Shown piece after piece: positions 10,106 through 20,348 of a stretch of 52,361 nucleotides of DNA. Positions within the stretch are counted from its first letter, which is position 1, and the number at the start of each line of letters is the position of its first letter. Origin of the DNA: a virus (Duplodnaviria > Caudoviricetes); the IMG/VR virus record IMGVR_UViG_3300025853_000126, positions 1 to 52,361 of that record; one strand, given 5' to 3'. The notes beneath the pieces were generated by a model. That model had not been told where the DNA came from and made no database searches. It saw only the letters and a list, made by a program, of their open reading frames with translations. Made by a program: the position numbers and the translations under genes.

Positions 10106-10930
10106 ATGACAAAAAAGAAAAAAGAAGAAAAGGTTATAGAAGAGCCAGTGGCTGTTGCAGAACCTAAAAAAGAAACACCTAAGGTTGTAAAACCTGAATG
10201 GGAAGTAAAAGATAGAACATATCTATTAAAAGGAAATAAAACACCTTTAACATTGACAATACCAGGTAAGCATACAAGAAAACATGCTTTATTATGGTTT
10301 GATCCAAAAACACAGAAACAAAGAGAAATAAGATATGCTACCAATATGTCTTCACCACTTGCAGATGAGCAAAAAGGAGAAGCAACTCTTGGGCATATTA
10401 TTTTTAGAGATGGTAGACTTGATGTACCAGCAAGAAACATTGCTTTACAAAAACTATTAAGTCTATATCACCCTTTAAAAGATAAAATGTATACTGAATT
10501 TAAACCAGTTCAAAATGCAGAAGATGAACTTGAAACTATTGAGTGGGAGATCGATGCTTTAAACGCTGCTAGAACAATTGATATTGATCAAGCAGAAGCA
10601 ATAATGAGAGTTGAACTAGGATCTAAAGTTGGTCTAATGAGCTCTAAAGAAATAAAAAGAGATTTACTTTTATTCGCTAAAAGAAATCCAAAGTTATTTA
10701 TTGAATTAGCTAAAGATGAAAATGTAATGCTTAGAAACTTGGCTATTAGAGCTGAAGAAGCAGGTGTTATAACATTGTCGCAAGACCAAAGAACATTTTA
10801 TTGGGGTTCAAATAATAGAAAGTTAATGAATGTACCGTTTGATGAAAATCCATATTCGGCATTTGCGTCTTTCTTGAAAACTGATGAAGGTGTTGAAATC
10901 TATAAATCTATAGATAAAAAACTAAATTAA
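10106..10930 (+). CDS. Hypothetical protein of the head module
   Basis: 274-aa ORF downstream of the capsid gene. Confidence 0.75.
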   Translation: MTKKKKEEKVIEEPVAVAEPKKETPKVVKPEWEVKDRTYLLKGNKTPLTLTIPGKHTRKHALLWFDPKTQKQREIRYATNMSSPLADEQKGEATLGHIIFRDGRLDVPARNIALQKLLSLYHPLKDKMYTEFKPVQNAEDELETIEWEIDALNAARTIDIDQAEAIMRVELGSKVGLMSSKEIKRDLLLFAKRNPKLFIELAKDENVMLRNLAIRAEEAGVITLSQDQRTFYWGSNNRKLMNVPFDENPYSAFASFLKTDEGVEIYKSIDKKLN

Positions 10931-10941
10931 CAAGTGATAAT
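10914..10941 (+). promoter_or_regulatory. Putative late promoter ATAAAAA-N13-GTGATAAT
   Basis: Degenerate match to the second promoter class. Confidence 0.35.
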
Positions 10942-10943
10942 AA

Positions 10944-10972
10944 TATAGGGGCAACGCTTGTTGCCTCTGTAT
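10944..10972 (+). terminator. Intergenic hairpin
   Basis: TATAGGGGCAAC-GCTT-GTTGCCTCTGTA stem-loop; weak U-tract. Confidence 0.45.
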
Positions 10973-10990
10973 TATAATAAAAAAAATATA

Positions 10991-11758
10991 ATGGCGGTAA
11001 ATGTAAATACAGTATATACTACAGTCTTGTACATATTGAACAAAGAACAAAGAGGTTATTTAACTCCACAGGAGTTTAATAGCTTGGGTGCTCAAGTGCA
11101 AGAAGAAATATTTAATTCATATTTTCCAGATGGTAATCAATCAAACCGTCAAGTTCAAAATAATTCAGAAAATAACACTGAATTTTTTAATATTAATAAA
11201 AATATAGCTTATAAATTATATCCTTTTGAAAAGGAAGTTGCTTTTACAGTAAATGGTGGCACTTGGCAGTATGCTGGTGCTGAAACTATTTATAATATAG
11301 GCGACATAATAGCTACATACAATACTACAAGTCCTCAAAACGATGGACCAAGATACGATTCTATCGTTGATATAGTTGATAGAAATGATTATAACGTAAT
11401 TATTAGATCTAGATTAACTGCTCCTACCAAACAATATCCAATAGGTTTTACTCAAAAAAATGAAGTTGCTTCTACAAGTGGAGCGTCAATAACAATTTCA
11501 CCTTTACCCACGAGTGTAAATGTAAATGTATTATTTAAGCCAACACCTCCTGTATGGGGATTCACTGTTGGTGGTGCTGGTCAATATATATATGATCCAG
11601 CTCCTGCTTCTTCAACTGATTTTGAATTAGATATATCAGAACAAACTAATTTAATAATAGGTATATTAAAGTATGCTGGAGTTATAATAAATGATCCAAC
11701 AGTTATACAAGTTGCTCAACAAGAACAACAGAAAGAACTACAAAATGAAAAATCATAA
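10991..11758 (+). CDS. Putative head-tail connector/ring protein
   Basis: Likely start MAVNVNTVY; ILNKEQRGYLTPQEFN N-terminal helix typical of ring/adaptor proteins. Confidence 0.65.
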   Translation: MAVNVNTVYTTVLYILNKEQRGYLTPQEFNSLGAQVQEEIFNSYFPDGNQSNRQVQNNSENNTEFFNINKNIAYKLYPFEKEVAFTVNGGTWQYAGAETIYNIGDIIATYNTTSPQNDGPRYDSIVDIVDRNDYNVIIRSRLTAPTKQYPIGFTQKNEVASTSGASITISPLPTSVNVNVLFKPTPPVWGFTVGGAGQYIYDPAPASSTDFELDISEQTNLIIGILKYAGVIINDPTVIQVAQQEQQKELQNEKS

Positions 11759-12972
11759 TGTCTAAAATAACAGAAACAAACGCACAATATTATCAAGGCG
11801 CGCAAGGCTTTAGATTACCTGAAACTGTAACAACTACTTTTGACACGGACTTAGTTTTTGGAGGTACTAATGCTTGGGACCCTAATAATGAATTGTATGC
11901 TTTAAATAATTTTAAACTATATACAAGTGCCACAGGTTTTCCAGGTACTTTTACAGAATATATATTAGCATACACAGTTGTAAATAATACTATTACTTTT
12001 ACAGTTGCTCCAGCAGCTGGAACTTTTGTAGTAGTGCAACTTAAAAAACTAGATGGTGGTAAGTATGGAAATAATGACGCTTATGGTGAAGCTGTAGAAA
12101 ATAATTATGGTGGATATGAATATGTAAAACTTAATGATATTGTAAACAACTTTATGGTTGGTTATGTTGGAGATGGTAAAGTTATACAAACATGTAAAAA
12201 ATCTGATGTTGTTTTCTTTGCAAAAAGAAGTTTACAGGAATTTAGTTATGATACATTGAAAAGTATAAAATCATCTGAATTAACTGTACCATCTACATTA
12301 TCTTTAATAATACCACAAGATTATGTAAACTATGTTAGTTTTTGCTACATAGATCAATTAGGTGTAAAAAGACCTATATATCCAGCTAATAATTTAACTA
12401 CAGATCCATATTATACCTTTATACAAGATGAACAAGCTGTTCCAACACAAGATAACTTTGGTGAAAACATAGAAGGTACTTCTATAACAGAAGCTAGATG
12501 GAAAGAAGCTAATACTAAATTATTAAATGGTGAATGGTATCGTGATTTTGATTATTACGGTTATGCTAATCCAGATTTATGGAGTTTAAATGGACCGTGG
12601 AATTGGGGTAGACTATATGGTTTAGACCCAACATTATCACAAGCAAATGGTTGGTTTGGTATTGATGAAAGAGAAGGCAAGTTTACTTTTTCTAGTAATT
12701 TAGTAGATAGATTAGTTGTATTAGAATATATATCTGATGGACTTGCTTACGATTTAGATACTAAAGTACCTAAAATGGCTGAAGATGCTATGTATAAAAG
12801 TATACTATATAACATTGTATCGACAAGAGCTAATCAACCAGAATATTTAGTACAAAGATATAAAAAAGATAGATATGCTGCTTTACGCAACGCTAAAATA
12901 AGATTATCTAATATAAAGCTACAAGAATTTACACAGCTTATGCGTGGTAAATCTAAGTGGATAAAACACTAA
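11758..12972 (+). CDS. Putative tail ring/structural protein
   Basis: Coupled to the previous gene; LIIPQDYVNYV and VVLEYISDG adaptor-like motifs. Confidence 0.6.
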   Translation: MSKITETNAQYYQGAQGFRLPETVTTTFDTDLVFGGTNAWDPNNELYALNNFKLYTSATGFPGTFTEYILAYTVVNNTITFTVAPAAGTFVVVQLKKLDGGKYGNNDAYGEAVENNYGGYEYVKLNDIVNNFMVGYVGDGKVIQTCKKSDVVFFAKRSLQEFSYDTLKSIKSSELTVPSTLSLIIPQDYVNYVSFCYIDQLGVKRPIYPANNLTTDPYYTFIQDEQAVPTQDNFGENIEGTSITEARWKEANTKLLNGEWYRDFDYYGYANPDLWSLNGPWNWGRLYGLDPTLSQANGWFGIDEREGKFTFSSNLVDRLVVLEYISDGLAYDLDTKVPKMAEDAMYKSILYNIVSTRANQPEYLVQRYKKDRYAALRNAKIRLSNIKLQEFTQLMRGKSKWIKH

Positions 12973-12978
12973 AATTTA

Positions 12979-15900
12979 ATGGCAAAAATAGTTAATAACT
13001 TCATTAAGGGTAGAATGAACAAAGATCTTGATGATCGTTTAGTTCCCCAAGGTGAATATAGAAACTCTGTAAATACTCAGATAAGTAAATCTGAAGGTCA
13101 AAATGTAGGTGCTTTAGAAAATTCTATAGGAAATACTGTTTTAAAAAACGCTGATTTTAGAACTATACTAGGCATTAATGATCTTGTTTCTATTGGTGTT
13201 TTTCCAGATGAAACAAATAATAGAGTTTTTGTATTTTTAACTAATAAAACTAGTGGATCATACGATCCAGCAGCTGAGCATTTTTTAATGATGTATGATG
13301 TTGGAGCTGATAATTATAGTATTTTGCTAAAAGCTAGATGGTTAAACTTTGCTATATCAAATCCTATTACAGGAGTTAATTTATTAGAAAATTTATTATT
13401 TTGGACTGATAATAGAAATCAGCCAAGAGTTATAAACGTAGATACAGCGATTAATGATCCAGGTTTTTATAGATATGAAGATTTAGTTTCAGTATCTAAG
13501 TATTATCCATATCAACCTATTGAATTATATAGACACTCTGCTGACCTAACTTCAACAGTAGCTACTCCTAATTATGAAACAACTATGTATGACGTTACTA
13601 GTTTATCATACCCTGATGGTGGTAGTGGAAAAGTTTTAGGCGCATTTGGTGCTCCAACATCAACTTTAGATTTAGATAAAGGAACTATTGATGGCACAAT
13701 AAGAAACGGTATGAAAGTTGCTTACGTGGATTCCGTATTAAATAAAATTGTAGATACAGGAACAACTGTGAGTGCTGTTGATTATGCTTTTTCTGCAACT
13801 CAAGCAAGAATAACTACCTCAGCAAATGTAAGTCCTTCTGGTAATGATGTTGTTTTTGCTTTTGAATTTAATCCTTATTACGAAGAAGATTATGCTGGTG
13901 ATAAAGATTTTTTAAAAAAGAAGTTTGCTAGATTTGCGTATAGATTTAAATATAACGATGGCGAATATTCTATATTTTCTCCATTTACTCAAGATTGTTT
14001 TATTCCAAAACAAGACGGTTATTTTATGTATGATGTTGAAAATGTTGATGGCACTGGCGCTCAAGTACCTATTGATATAACTGATGAAGAAGATACATAT
14101 AGATCTACTACCGTTGAGTTTATGGAAAACAAAGTAGATAAAATAATACTTAGAATACCTTTACCTGCTGATGCTGATAATTTAGTTAGTAATTTTAATA
14201 TTTCAGAATTAGATATATTATATAAAGAATCAGATGGTGTTGCAGTAAATGTTATAGATACAATACCAGTTTCAAGAATAGCAAATCAAAGTGGAATAAC
14301 AGGTGTAGTTAATCCTGGCGCTACAGGAACTGTCTTTACGGTTACTAATTTAACTGGAACACCTAGAATAGGATCTATAGTTACAGATAATTTAGGTCAG
14401 ATAACAGATTTTCCAACAATATTAAGTATTACTTCAGCTGGTCAAATTACTTTATCTAGTACTCAAACACTAGCAATTAATACTGTTTTAACTTTTGGTG
14501 AAGCAAACATATTTGAATATGAATATGAATCTAAAAAACCATACAAAGTTTTACCTGAAGCAGACTTATTAAGAACATATGATAAAGTACCAGTAAAAGC
14601 ATTGTCACAAGAAATTATAAGCAATAGAGTTGTATATGGTAATTTTCAAGATAAACATACACCTCCTGCTAGTTTAAATTATAATTTAGGTGTAAGTGCA
14701 AAAGAAAATTTCAGTTTAGGTTTAGGAACTGCGCAAGTTGATACAGCTGGTTATTCTTCAGGTGTAACTACGATACCTTATAATGCTGCTACATTAGTAG
14801 GATATTTAAACAACGGAGCCATTATAACAGGACCAGGTATTCCCAACAATACAGTTATTGTTTCTTTTAATCCATTAGGAACAATAGAAATAAGCAATAC
14901 TACAACAGGAGCTGGTGTTGCTGGTAATGTCTTAAATTTTTCTGATCCTGGAACTGTACAAGATACTACAAGTGTTGTAGAATATCCTAATCACACTTTA
15001 AAACAAAATAGAAATTATCAAGTAGGTATAGTATTATCTGATAGATACGGAAGACAATCTACTGTTATATTGTCTAGTGAAGAAGGTTCTACAATTTTTA
15101 ATAATGAATTATTTAAAGGATCTACTATATTTTCTGATTATATAGATGAAAGTGTTAATCAATTAACTTGGCCAGGTAACTCTTTAAAGGTATTATTCAA
15201 CGAAAGTATTAGTCCATCAGCTGCTAACCCATCAACTTTGTGGCCAGGTATTTATAATGGTGATTCATCATCTGCTGACTATAACCCTCTTGGTTGGTAT
15301 AGTTATAAAATTGTAGTTAAACAAACAGAGCAAGAATATTACAACGTGTATTTGCCTGGAATAATGGCTGCGTATCCTGAAGATCCAACTAAAGAATTAA
15401 ATAAGACATCTCACACTGTATTAATAAATGATAATATTAATAAAGTTCCTAGAGATTTAACTGAAGTTGGACCAGAGCAAAAATTATTTAGAAGTAGTGT
15501 AGTACTGCATGGAAGAGTACAAAATTTAAATAGCAGTATTGTAACTGAAAATAATTCTCAATTTTATCCAGGTAATTTTGATGATATAGTTTCAGTAATA
15601 GCTACTGACGACGATTTATTTAATGGTAACGATGTTAGAGACTTTATACCTGCTGCTGAATTTTACAGTATAGCTTCAAATCCACTTATAGCTAGAATTA
15701 CAACACCTTCTAAAAAAATTGGTATAACAGCTGTTTTAACAACTAGCAATATAAGTGCTTATTCTGGTGGTAGTAATAGAATAACTGTTACTAATGTTAG
15801 TCCTGATCCTACTACTCCATCAAACTGTATAAGACCAGGTATGACTATTTCAGGTCCAGGAATTCCACCTGGAACAACTGTTGTCACTATAGTATCGTCA

Positions 15901-17082
15901 AATCAATTTGATTTAAGCCAAAGTATTACACCAACACTTAGTACTACACCACCAGCATTATATACTTATACTCCTACTCAATTAACAGCTGGCGGATTAC
16001 CCGGTGGAACAAGATATATAAATATGCCGCAATTAGCTGTAATGGAAACAGATCCTGTAGAATCTAATTTAGATATTTACTGGGAAACATCTACAGCTGG
16101 TTTAATTAGTGAATTAAACGAAGCTATTGCTAATGACACTGCTTCCGCAGTTGATTTTAGCAGTTTTAATACAAGTGCTTTTACAGAAGCATTAGTGGTA
16201 GGAGGAAATATATTATCTGCTAATTTTTATTTAGTAGATCAATTTAATACTACTATACCTTATTTAGCTACAACACCAGCACAGTTACAATTAATAAGCG
16301 TAGTTGATGGCGCTGGTAATACAATAGGAATAGGACCGGGTAATCAATTTGAACTAATAACAATAGGTTCTGGTCCAAGTACTACTTATAATATAAGATT
16401 TAATGGTGTGCCAAACCCATCATCTCCGCCAGATGCTTTGTATTATAAAAATAATTTTAATTTAAATACTTATGTGTTTGAATTTTTAGCTACTATAAAT
16501 GGAGTAGGAACTACACTAGTAAAAGCTCCTGTTAATTTACAAAATGAAACACCTGTAATTGGTGGTAAAGCATGTCCAGGAAATTTAACTTGGAATGGTG
16601 GTGATCCTACATCTCCAATTACCGGGGCTATAGTTTCTTTTAGAAATGGATCATCAGGACTTACAGTTTATAGATTAGGTATGACTGCTGATTTTACAGT
16701 TGTTAATAGTTCTGGAGTTGATTTCAAATCTTCTTTTGCTATAACTACATCTGACTTATTAAATGAGTTTGTGGTTCAACTTGGATTTAATGGTTCAGCT
16801 ACTGTTCCAGACGATGTTTATACAGTAGTTATAACCGCTACAGACGCAGGCGCAGCAACTGTTTCATGTTCGTTTAACCTAACAGTAAGTAATAGTATTT
16901 GTAGAACATATACATTTACTGTTCCAGGAGGCGGAGCCACTGTGAATTATACTGGTTGCGCTGGAGGTGGTCCTCAAGTAAACACTTATTTACCAGCTGA
17001 TGCAGGTCCTCAGTTCTTATGTTCTGAAACCGTACCTACATCTACACCAACTCTAACGTTTACAGATGCTGGTTCATGTTAA
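12979..17082 (+). CDS. Tail muzzle/stabilisation protein, N-terminal part with beta-rich insertions
   Basis: NNFIKGRMNKDLDDRLVPQGEYRNSVN and LLFWTDNRNQPRVIN motifs; repeated ITGPGIP insert domains. Confidence 0.7.
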   Translation: MAKIVNNFIKGRMNKDLDDRLVPQGEYRNSVNTQISKSEGQNVGALENSIGNTVLKNADFRTILGINDLVSIGVFPDETNNRVFVFLTNKTSGSYDPAAEHFLMMYDVGADNYSILLKARWLNFAISNPITGVNLLENLLFWTDNRNQPRVINVDTAINDPGFYRYEDLVSVSKYYPYQPIELYRHSADLTSTVATPNYETTMYDVTSLSYPDGGSGKVLGAFGAPTSTLDLDKGTIDGTIRNGMKVAYVDSVLNKIVDTGTTVSAVDYAFSATQARITTSANVSPSGNDVVFAFEFNPYYEEDYAGDKDFLKKKFARFAYRFKYNDGEYSIFSPFTQDCFIPKQDGYFMYDVENVDGTGAQVPIDITDEEDTYRSTTVEFMENKVDKIILRIPLPADADNLVSNFNISELDILYKESDGVAVNVIDTIPVSRIANQSGITGVVNPGATGTVFTVTNLTGTPRIGSIVTDNLGQITDFPTILSITSAGQITLSSTQTLAINTVLTFGEANIFEYEYESKKPYKVLPEADLLRTYDKVPVKALSQEIISNRVVYGNFQDKHTPPASLNYNLGVSAKENFSLGLGTAQVDTAGYSSGVTTIPYNAATLVGYLNNGAIITGPGIPNNTVIVSFNPLGTIEISNTTTGAGVAGNVLNFSDPGTVQDTTSVVEYPNHTLKQNRNYQVGIVLSDRYGRQSTVILSSEEGSTIFNNELFKGSTIFSDYIDESVNQLTWPGNSLKVLFNESISPSAANPSTLWPGIYNGDSSSADYNPLGWYSYKIVVKQTEQEYYNVYLPGIMAAYPEDPTKELNKTSHTVLINDNINKVPRDLTEVGPEQKLFRSSVVLHGRVQNLNSSIVTENNSQFYPGNFDDIVSVIATDDDLFNGNDVRDFIPAAEFYSIASNPLIARITTPSKKIGITAVLTTSNISAYSGGSNRITVTNVSPDPTTPSNCIRPGMTISGPGIPPGTTVVTIVSSNQFDLSQSITPTLSTTPPALYTYTPTQLTAGGLPGGTRYINMPQLAVMETDPVESNLDIYWETSTAGLISELNEAIANDTASAVDFSSFNTSAFTEALVVGGNILSANFYLVDQFNTTIPYLATTPAQLQLISVVDGAGNTIGIGPGNQFELITIGSGPSTTYNIRFNGVPNPSSPPDALYYKNNFNLNTYVFEFLATINGVGTTLVKAPVNLQNETPVIGGKACPGNLTWNGGDPTSPITGAIVSFRNGSSGLTVYRLGMTADFTVVNSSGVDFKSSFAITTSDLLNEFVVQLGFNGSATVPDDVYTVVITATDAGAATVSCSFNLTVSNSICRTYTFTVPGGGATVNYTGCAGGGPQVNTYLPADAGPQFLCSETVPTSTPTLTFTDAGSC

Positions 17083-17105
17083 TAATGTAAAAAACAAGTA
17101 ATAAT
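17078..17105 (+). promoter_or_regulatory. Putative late promoter GTTAATA-N13-GTAATAAT
   Basis: Match to the second promoter class; CAAGTRATAATAAT shared with 10931. Confidence 0.35.
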
Positions 17106-17111
17106 AATAAT

Positions 17112-18557
17112 ATGCCCGCTTTAATAGAAGTAAAATACTTTAATTCTTTTGTTTTAAAAAAGACTATAGATGGATCATCAAATGTTGTTTGGAACGGATC
17201 TACAGGTATTCCTAATGCCAAAGGTGGTTATCCACAATCAGCAATCACTAATGATAATCAATGGGCTATTGAAGAGTCTAGAATAAACGGTGGATATAAT
17301 AATACATCTGTTTCTTTTGGCGCTAAAGCTTATTTAGTTGAAGAAGAGCCAAATGGAGCTGTTAGAGGCAATAGTATGATATATTCTGGAATATTTAATT
17401 CTAGAACCGGTATAAACAATACAAATGTTTTTTCTGTAGCAGATAATATAACTAGATCAGTTGATCCAGCAAATGGTAGTATTCAAAAATTATATGCTGA
17501 AGACACCAACATAACAGTATTTCAAGAGCAAAAAGTTAGTATGGCATTGATAGATAAAGATGCTATATATTCTGCTGAAGGTGGAGGCGCTGTTACAAGT
17601 AGCAACTTAGTAATAGGAGCTATTCAACCAGTATATGGTGAATATGGTATAAGTAAAGATCCTACTAGTTTTGCTGTATACGGTGGTTATAAATATTTTA
17701 CAGATAAAAACAACAATGTAGTATTGCAATTAGCAGGTAAAACACTAAAAGAAATATCAGCTTTTAATATGATAGATTATTTTAGAGATACTTTAGGTAA
17801 TACTATAAATGTAGGTAGCATAGAAGGTACTATTTTAGGTGGTTGGGATATACATAATAAACAATATGTATTAAATTTAAAAAGAAACAATGTATCTTTT
17901 CCTAATGATACTAATTATCAAACATTAAGCTGGGACGATTCAGTAAAAGGTTGGACTAGTTTTTATACTTATAATCCAGATAATATATTTAGTTTAAGAA
18001 ATAATTTTTATACAATACATAAAGGAGCTATTTGGAAACATTACGAAGGTGCAAGAGCTAATTACTACGGAGTTAAATATGATTCTTCAATTACTTTTGT
18101 ATTTAATCCATCTCCTAATATTTCTAAAACATTTAAAACTATTGAATATGAAGGTGATAGTGGTTGGGAAGTTGAAAGCTTTGTGTCTGGTTTAACAGGA
18201 GTAGATTCAAGATCAAGTGGTTGGGACACTACATTTGATAGAACAAACTCTGTATTAAGTTATTATGGTGGCCAATATGATTCAAATAATGTTTCTTATG
18301 GACAAGTAGGTTTTGGAGCACTACCACTTTATCACGCAGGGTTTACAAGAAAAGAAAATAAATATGTTGCTAATCTTATAAATAATTCACCAGAAGTTTA
18401 TAATGCTCCAGGTGAAGTTATATTTGGGCAAGCAATATCAGGAATAAAAGGATTTTTTGCAACAGTAAAAATTAAAACAGATACCGTTACAGACAGAGGC
18501 GGTGAAAAAGAATTATTTGCTGTAGGCACAACTTATATAGGAAACAATGGATATTAA
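17112..18557 (+). CDS. Tail muzzle/stabilisation protein, C-terminal beta-propeller part
   Basis: GEYGISKDPTSF, GGWDIHNKQY, KGWTSFYTYNP and KTFKTIEYEG motifs. Confidence 0.65.
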   Translation: MPALIEVKYFNSFVLKKTIDGSSNVVWNGSTGIPNAKGGYPQSAITNDNQWAIEESRINGGYNNTSVSFGAKAYLVEEEPNGAVRGNSMIYSGIFNSRTGINNTNVFSVADNITRSVDPANGSIQKLYAEDTNITVFQEQKVSMALIDKDAIYSAEGGGAVTSSNLVIGAIQPVYGEYGISKDPTSFAVYGGYKYFTDKNNNVVLQLAGKTLKEISAFNMIDYFRDTLGNTINVGSIEGTILGGWDIHNKQYVLNLKRNNVSFPNDTNYQTLSWDDSVKGWTSFYTYNPDNIFSLRNNFYTIHKGAIWKHYEGARANYYGVKYDSSITFVFNPSPNISKTFKTIEYEGDSGWEVESFVSGLTGVDSRSSGWDTTFDRTNSVLSYYGGQYDSNNVSYGQVGFGALPLYHAGFTRKENKYVANLINNSPEVYNAPGEVIFGQAISGIKGFFATVKIKTDTVTDRGGEKELFAVGTTYIGNNGY

Positions 18558-18575
18558 CAATAAAATAAACAAATT

Positions 18576-19238
18576 ATGCCAGCAGCAGCAATTATAGGAG
18601 CCGCGGTTAGTGTCGCAGGTGGAATATTTGGCGCTAGTAGAGCTAAACGCGAAGCTAGACGTAGAGAGCGTGAAGCAGGTAGGCTACAAAGTAAATTAGA
18701 TAGACTCGAAGCAAATAGACAAGAAATAATAAATCCTTACGAAAATGTAACGGATTTAAGTTCTATGCTATCTAATCCTTTTGCTAGTTTGTCAGTTGCT
18801 ACTCAAGCAGCTGAAATGCAAATGGAACAAACTGATATAGCCTTAGCTAATACGCTAGATACAATTAGAGCCACAGGTAGTGCTGGTAGTGCAACTGCAT
18901 TAGCTCAAGCAGCATTACAAGCTAAAAAAGGTGTTGCAGCAAGTATTGAATCTCAAGAAGTTGCAAACGAAAAAGCTAGAGCACAAGGCGAAGCTACATT
19001 GCAAAGACAGCAAATGGCTGAAGCTCAAAGAATACAACAAGCTGAAGTAGCAGGCGAGCAATTTGTATTTGGTCAAAGAGAACAAAGAGAAATGCAACAA
19101 TTAAATAGATTATCTAATCAAATTGGTGCACTACGTGGAGCCGCTGCTCAAGCAAGAGCTGATCAAACAGCCGCAATAACTGGAGCTATTGGTGGTGCCG
19201 CTGGTATATTGGGCGGTGCTGATTGGGGTGGTAATTAA
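18576..19238 (+). CDS. Putative internal virion/ejection protein
   Basis: Gly/Ala-rich hydrophobic termini with an Ala/Gln coiled coil. Confidence 0.6.
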   Translation: MPAAAIIGAAVSVAGGIFGASRAKREARRREREAGRLQSKLDRLEANRQEIINPYENVTDLSSMLSNPFASLSVATQAAEMQMEQTDIALANTLDTIRATGSAGSATALAQAALQAKKGVAASIESQEVANEKARAQGEATLQRQQMAEAQRIQQAEVAGEQFVFGQREQREMQQLNRLSNQIGALRGAAAQARADQTAAITGAIGGAAGILGGADWGGN

Positions 19239-19251
19239 TAAATAAATTATA

Positions 19252-20343
19252 ATGGAAGATAAAAACATAAAAATTAATCTGTTTATAAAGCAATTAAACA
19301 AGAGTAATGCACTTGGTTATAATAAACAATATGTTGCTAGTCATGCTGATTATAATTTTAAAATATTAGATAATGCTTATGAAGGTACTGGTAGAGTATA
19401 TGCTAAATTAAAAACAGCTATACAAAACAATACCTGTGTTGATCCTACTTGTTATACTGAAAATCAACAATTAAAATATTTAATGGAAGCTCCACAAAAG
19501 TCTATGGATTTTATTACTAACGTAGGGTCTCAATTAAGTATTACAGAAGATACATATTATGATGTTAATCAAGATTATAAATACGCTGTTGCTTATGCTA
19601 TATTAACTGGTAAGCCTACATTTGCTAAAAGCGATGGCTATAATATATCTTTATATTTAAATACAGATGGCAGCCAATCAATAGTATTTGAAGGACCAAT
19701 GCTTGAGCAACCGTTTATTATTAATAATGACGCATTAGATGCTTTATTAGAATCAGGTACAGATATAGTTGCAGAAACTCCAGATATAAACAAAGACATG
19801 CTTAGATTATTAGGAGAAGTTGGAGTTATGGCAGGTAATTCAACTAACCCAGAAACAGGTGAATTAATGCCTGGAGCTAAAATAGCAGAAGAGTTTGTAT
19901 TAAAAGATAGGCAAGGCCAATATATATATGAAGTAATTGAAATAGGAAATGGTATGGCTAGAAATATATTAAGATATGATCTTGATAAAATTGAAAGAAA
20001 AGTAACTCCATTTATAAACGCTGAAGTAGCTGGTTTACTAAGTTCAGAGCAATCAGTACTTGCAGCATGGAACGTATTTATAGGTGCTGGCACAAGTGTA
20101 GAAGAAGATGATCAAATGGCTCAAAATGCTAATGCAGGTTTTGTAGCATGGTCATATGAAAAAGATCTACCATTGATGCAGGATAAAAAAGAATTATTTA
20201 TGTCTAAGTACAAAAAATACTTTATGAATAATTACTTAAAACAATTTACAACTAATCAAATACCTAGTGTTTCTGCGGATGCAGTTCCATTTGAATTAGA
20301 AACAGAAAAAGTAAAGCAAGACGCTGAACAACTACAAAATTAA
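19252..20343 (+). CDS. Putative internal virion protein
   Basis: 363-aa ORF between ejection-type genes. Confidence 0.55.
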   Translation: MEDKNIKINLFIKQLNKSNALGYNKQYVASHADYNFKILDNAYEGTGRVYAKLKTAIQNNTCVDPTCYTENQQLKYLMEAPQKSMDFITNVGSQLSITEDTYYDVNQDYKYAVAYAILTGKPTFAKSDGYNISLYLNTDGSQSIVFEGPMLEQPFIINNDALDALLESGTDIVAETPDINKDMLRLLGEVGVMAGNSTNPETGELMPGAKIAEEFVLKDRQGQYIYEVIEIGNGMARNILRYDLDKIERKVTPFINAEVAGLLSSEQSVLAAWNVFIGAGTSVEEDDQMAQNANAGFVAWSYEKDLPLMQDKKELFMSKYKKYFMNNYLKQFTTNQIPSVSADAVPFELETEKVKQDAEQLQN

Positions 20344-20348
20344 ATTGA

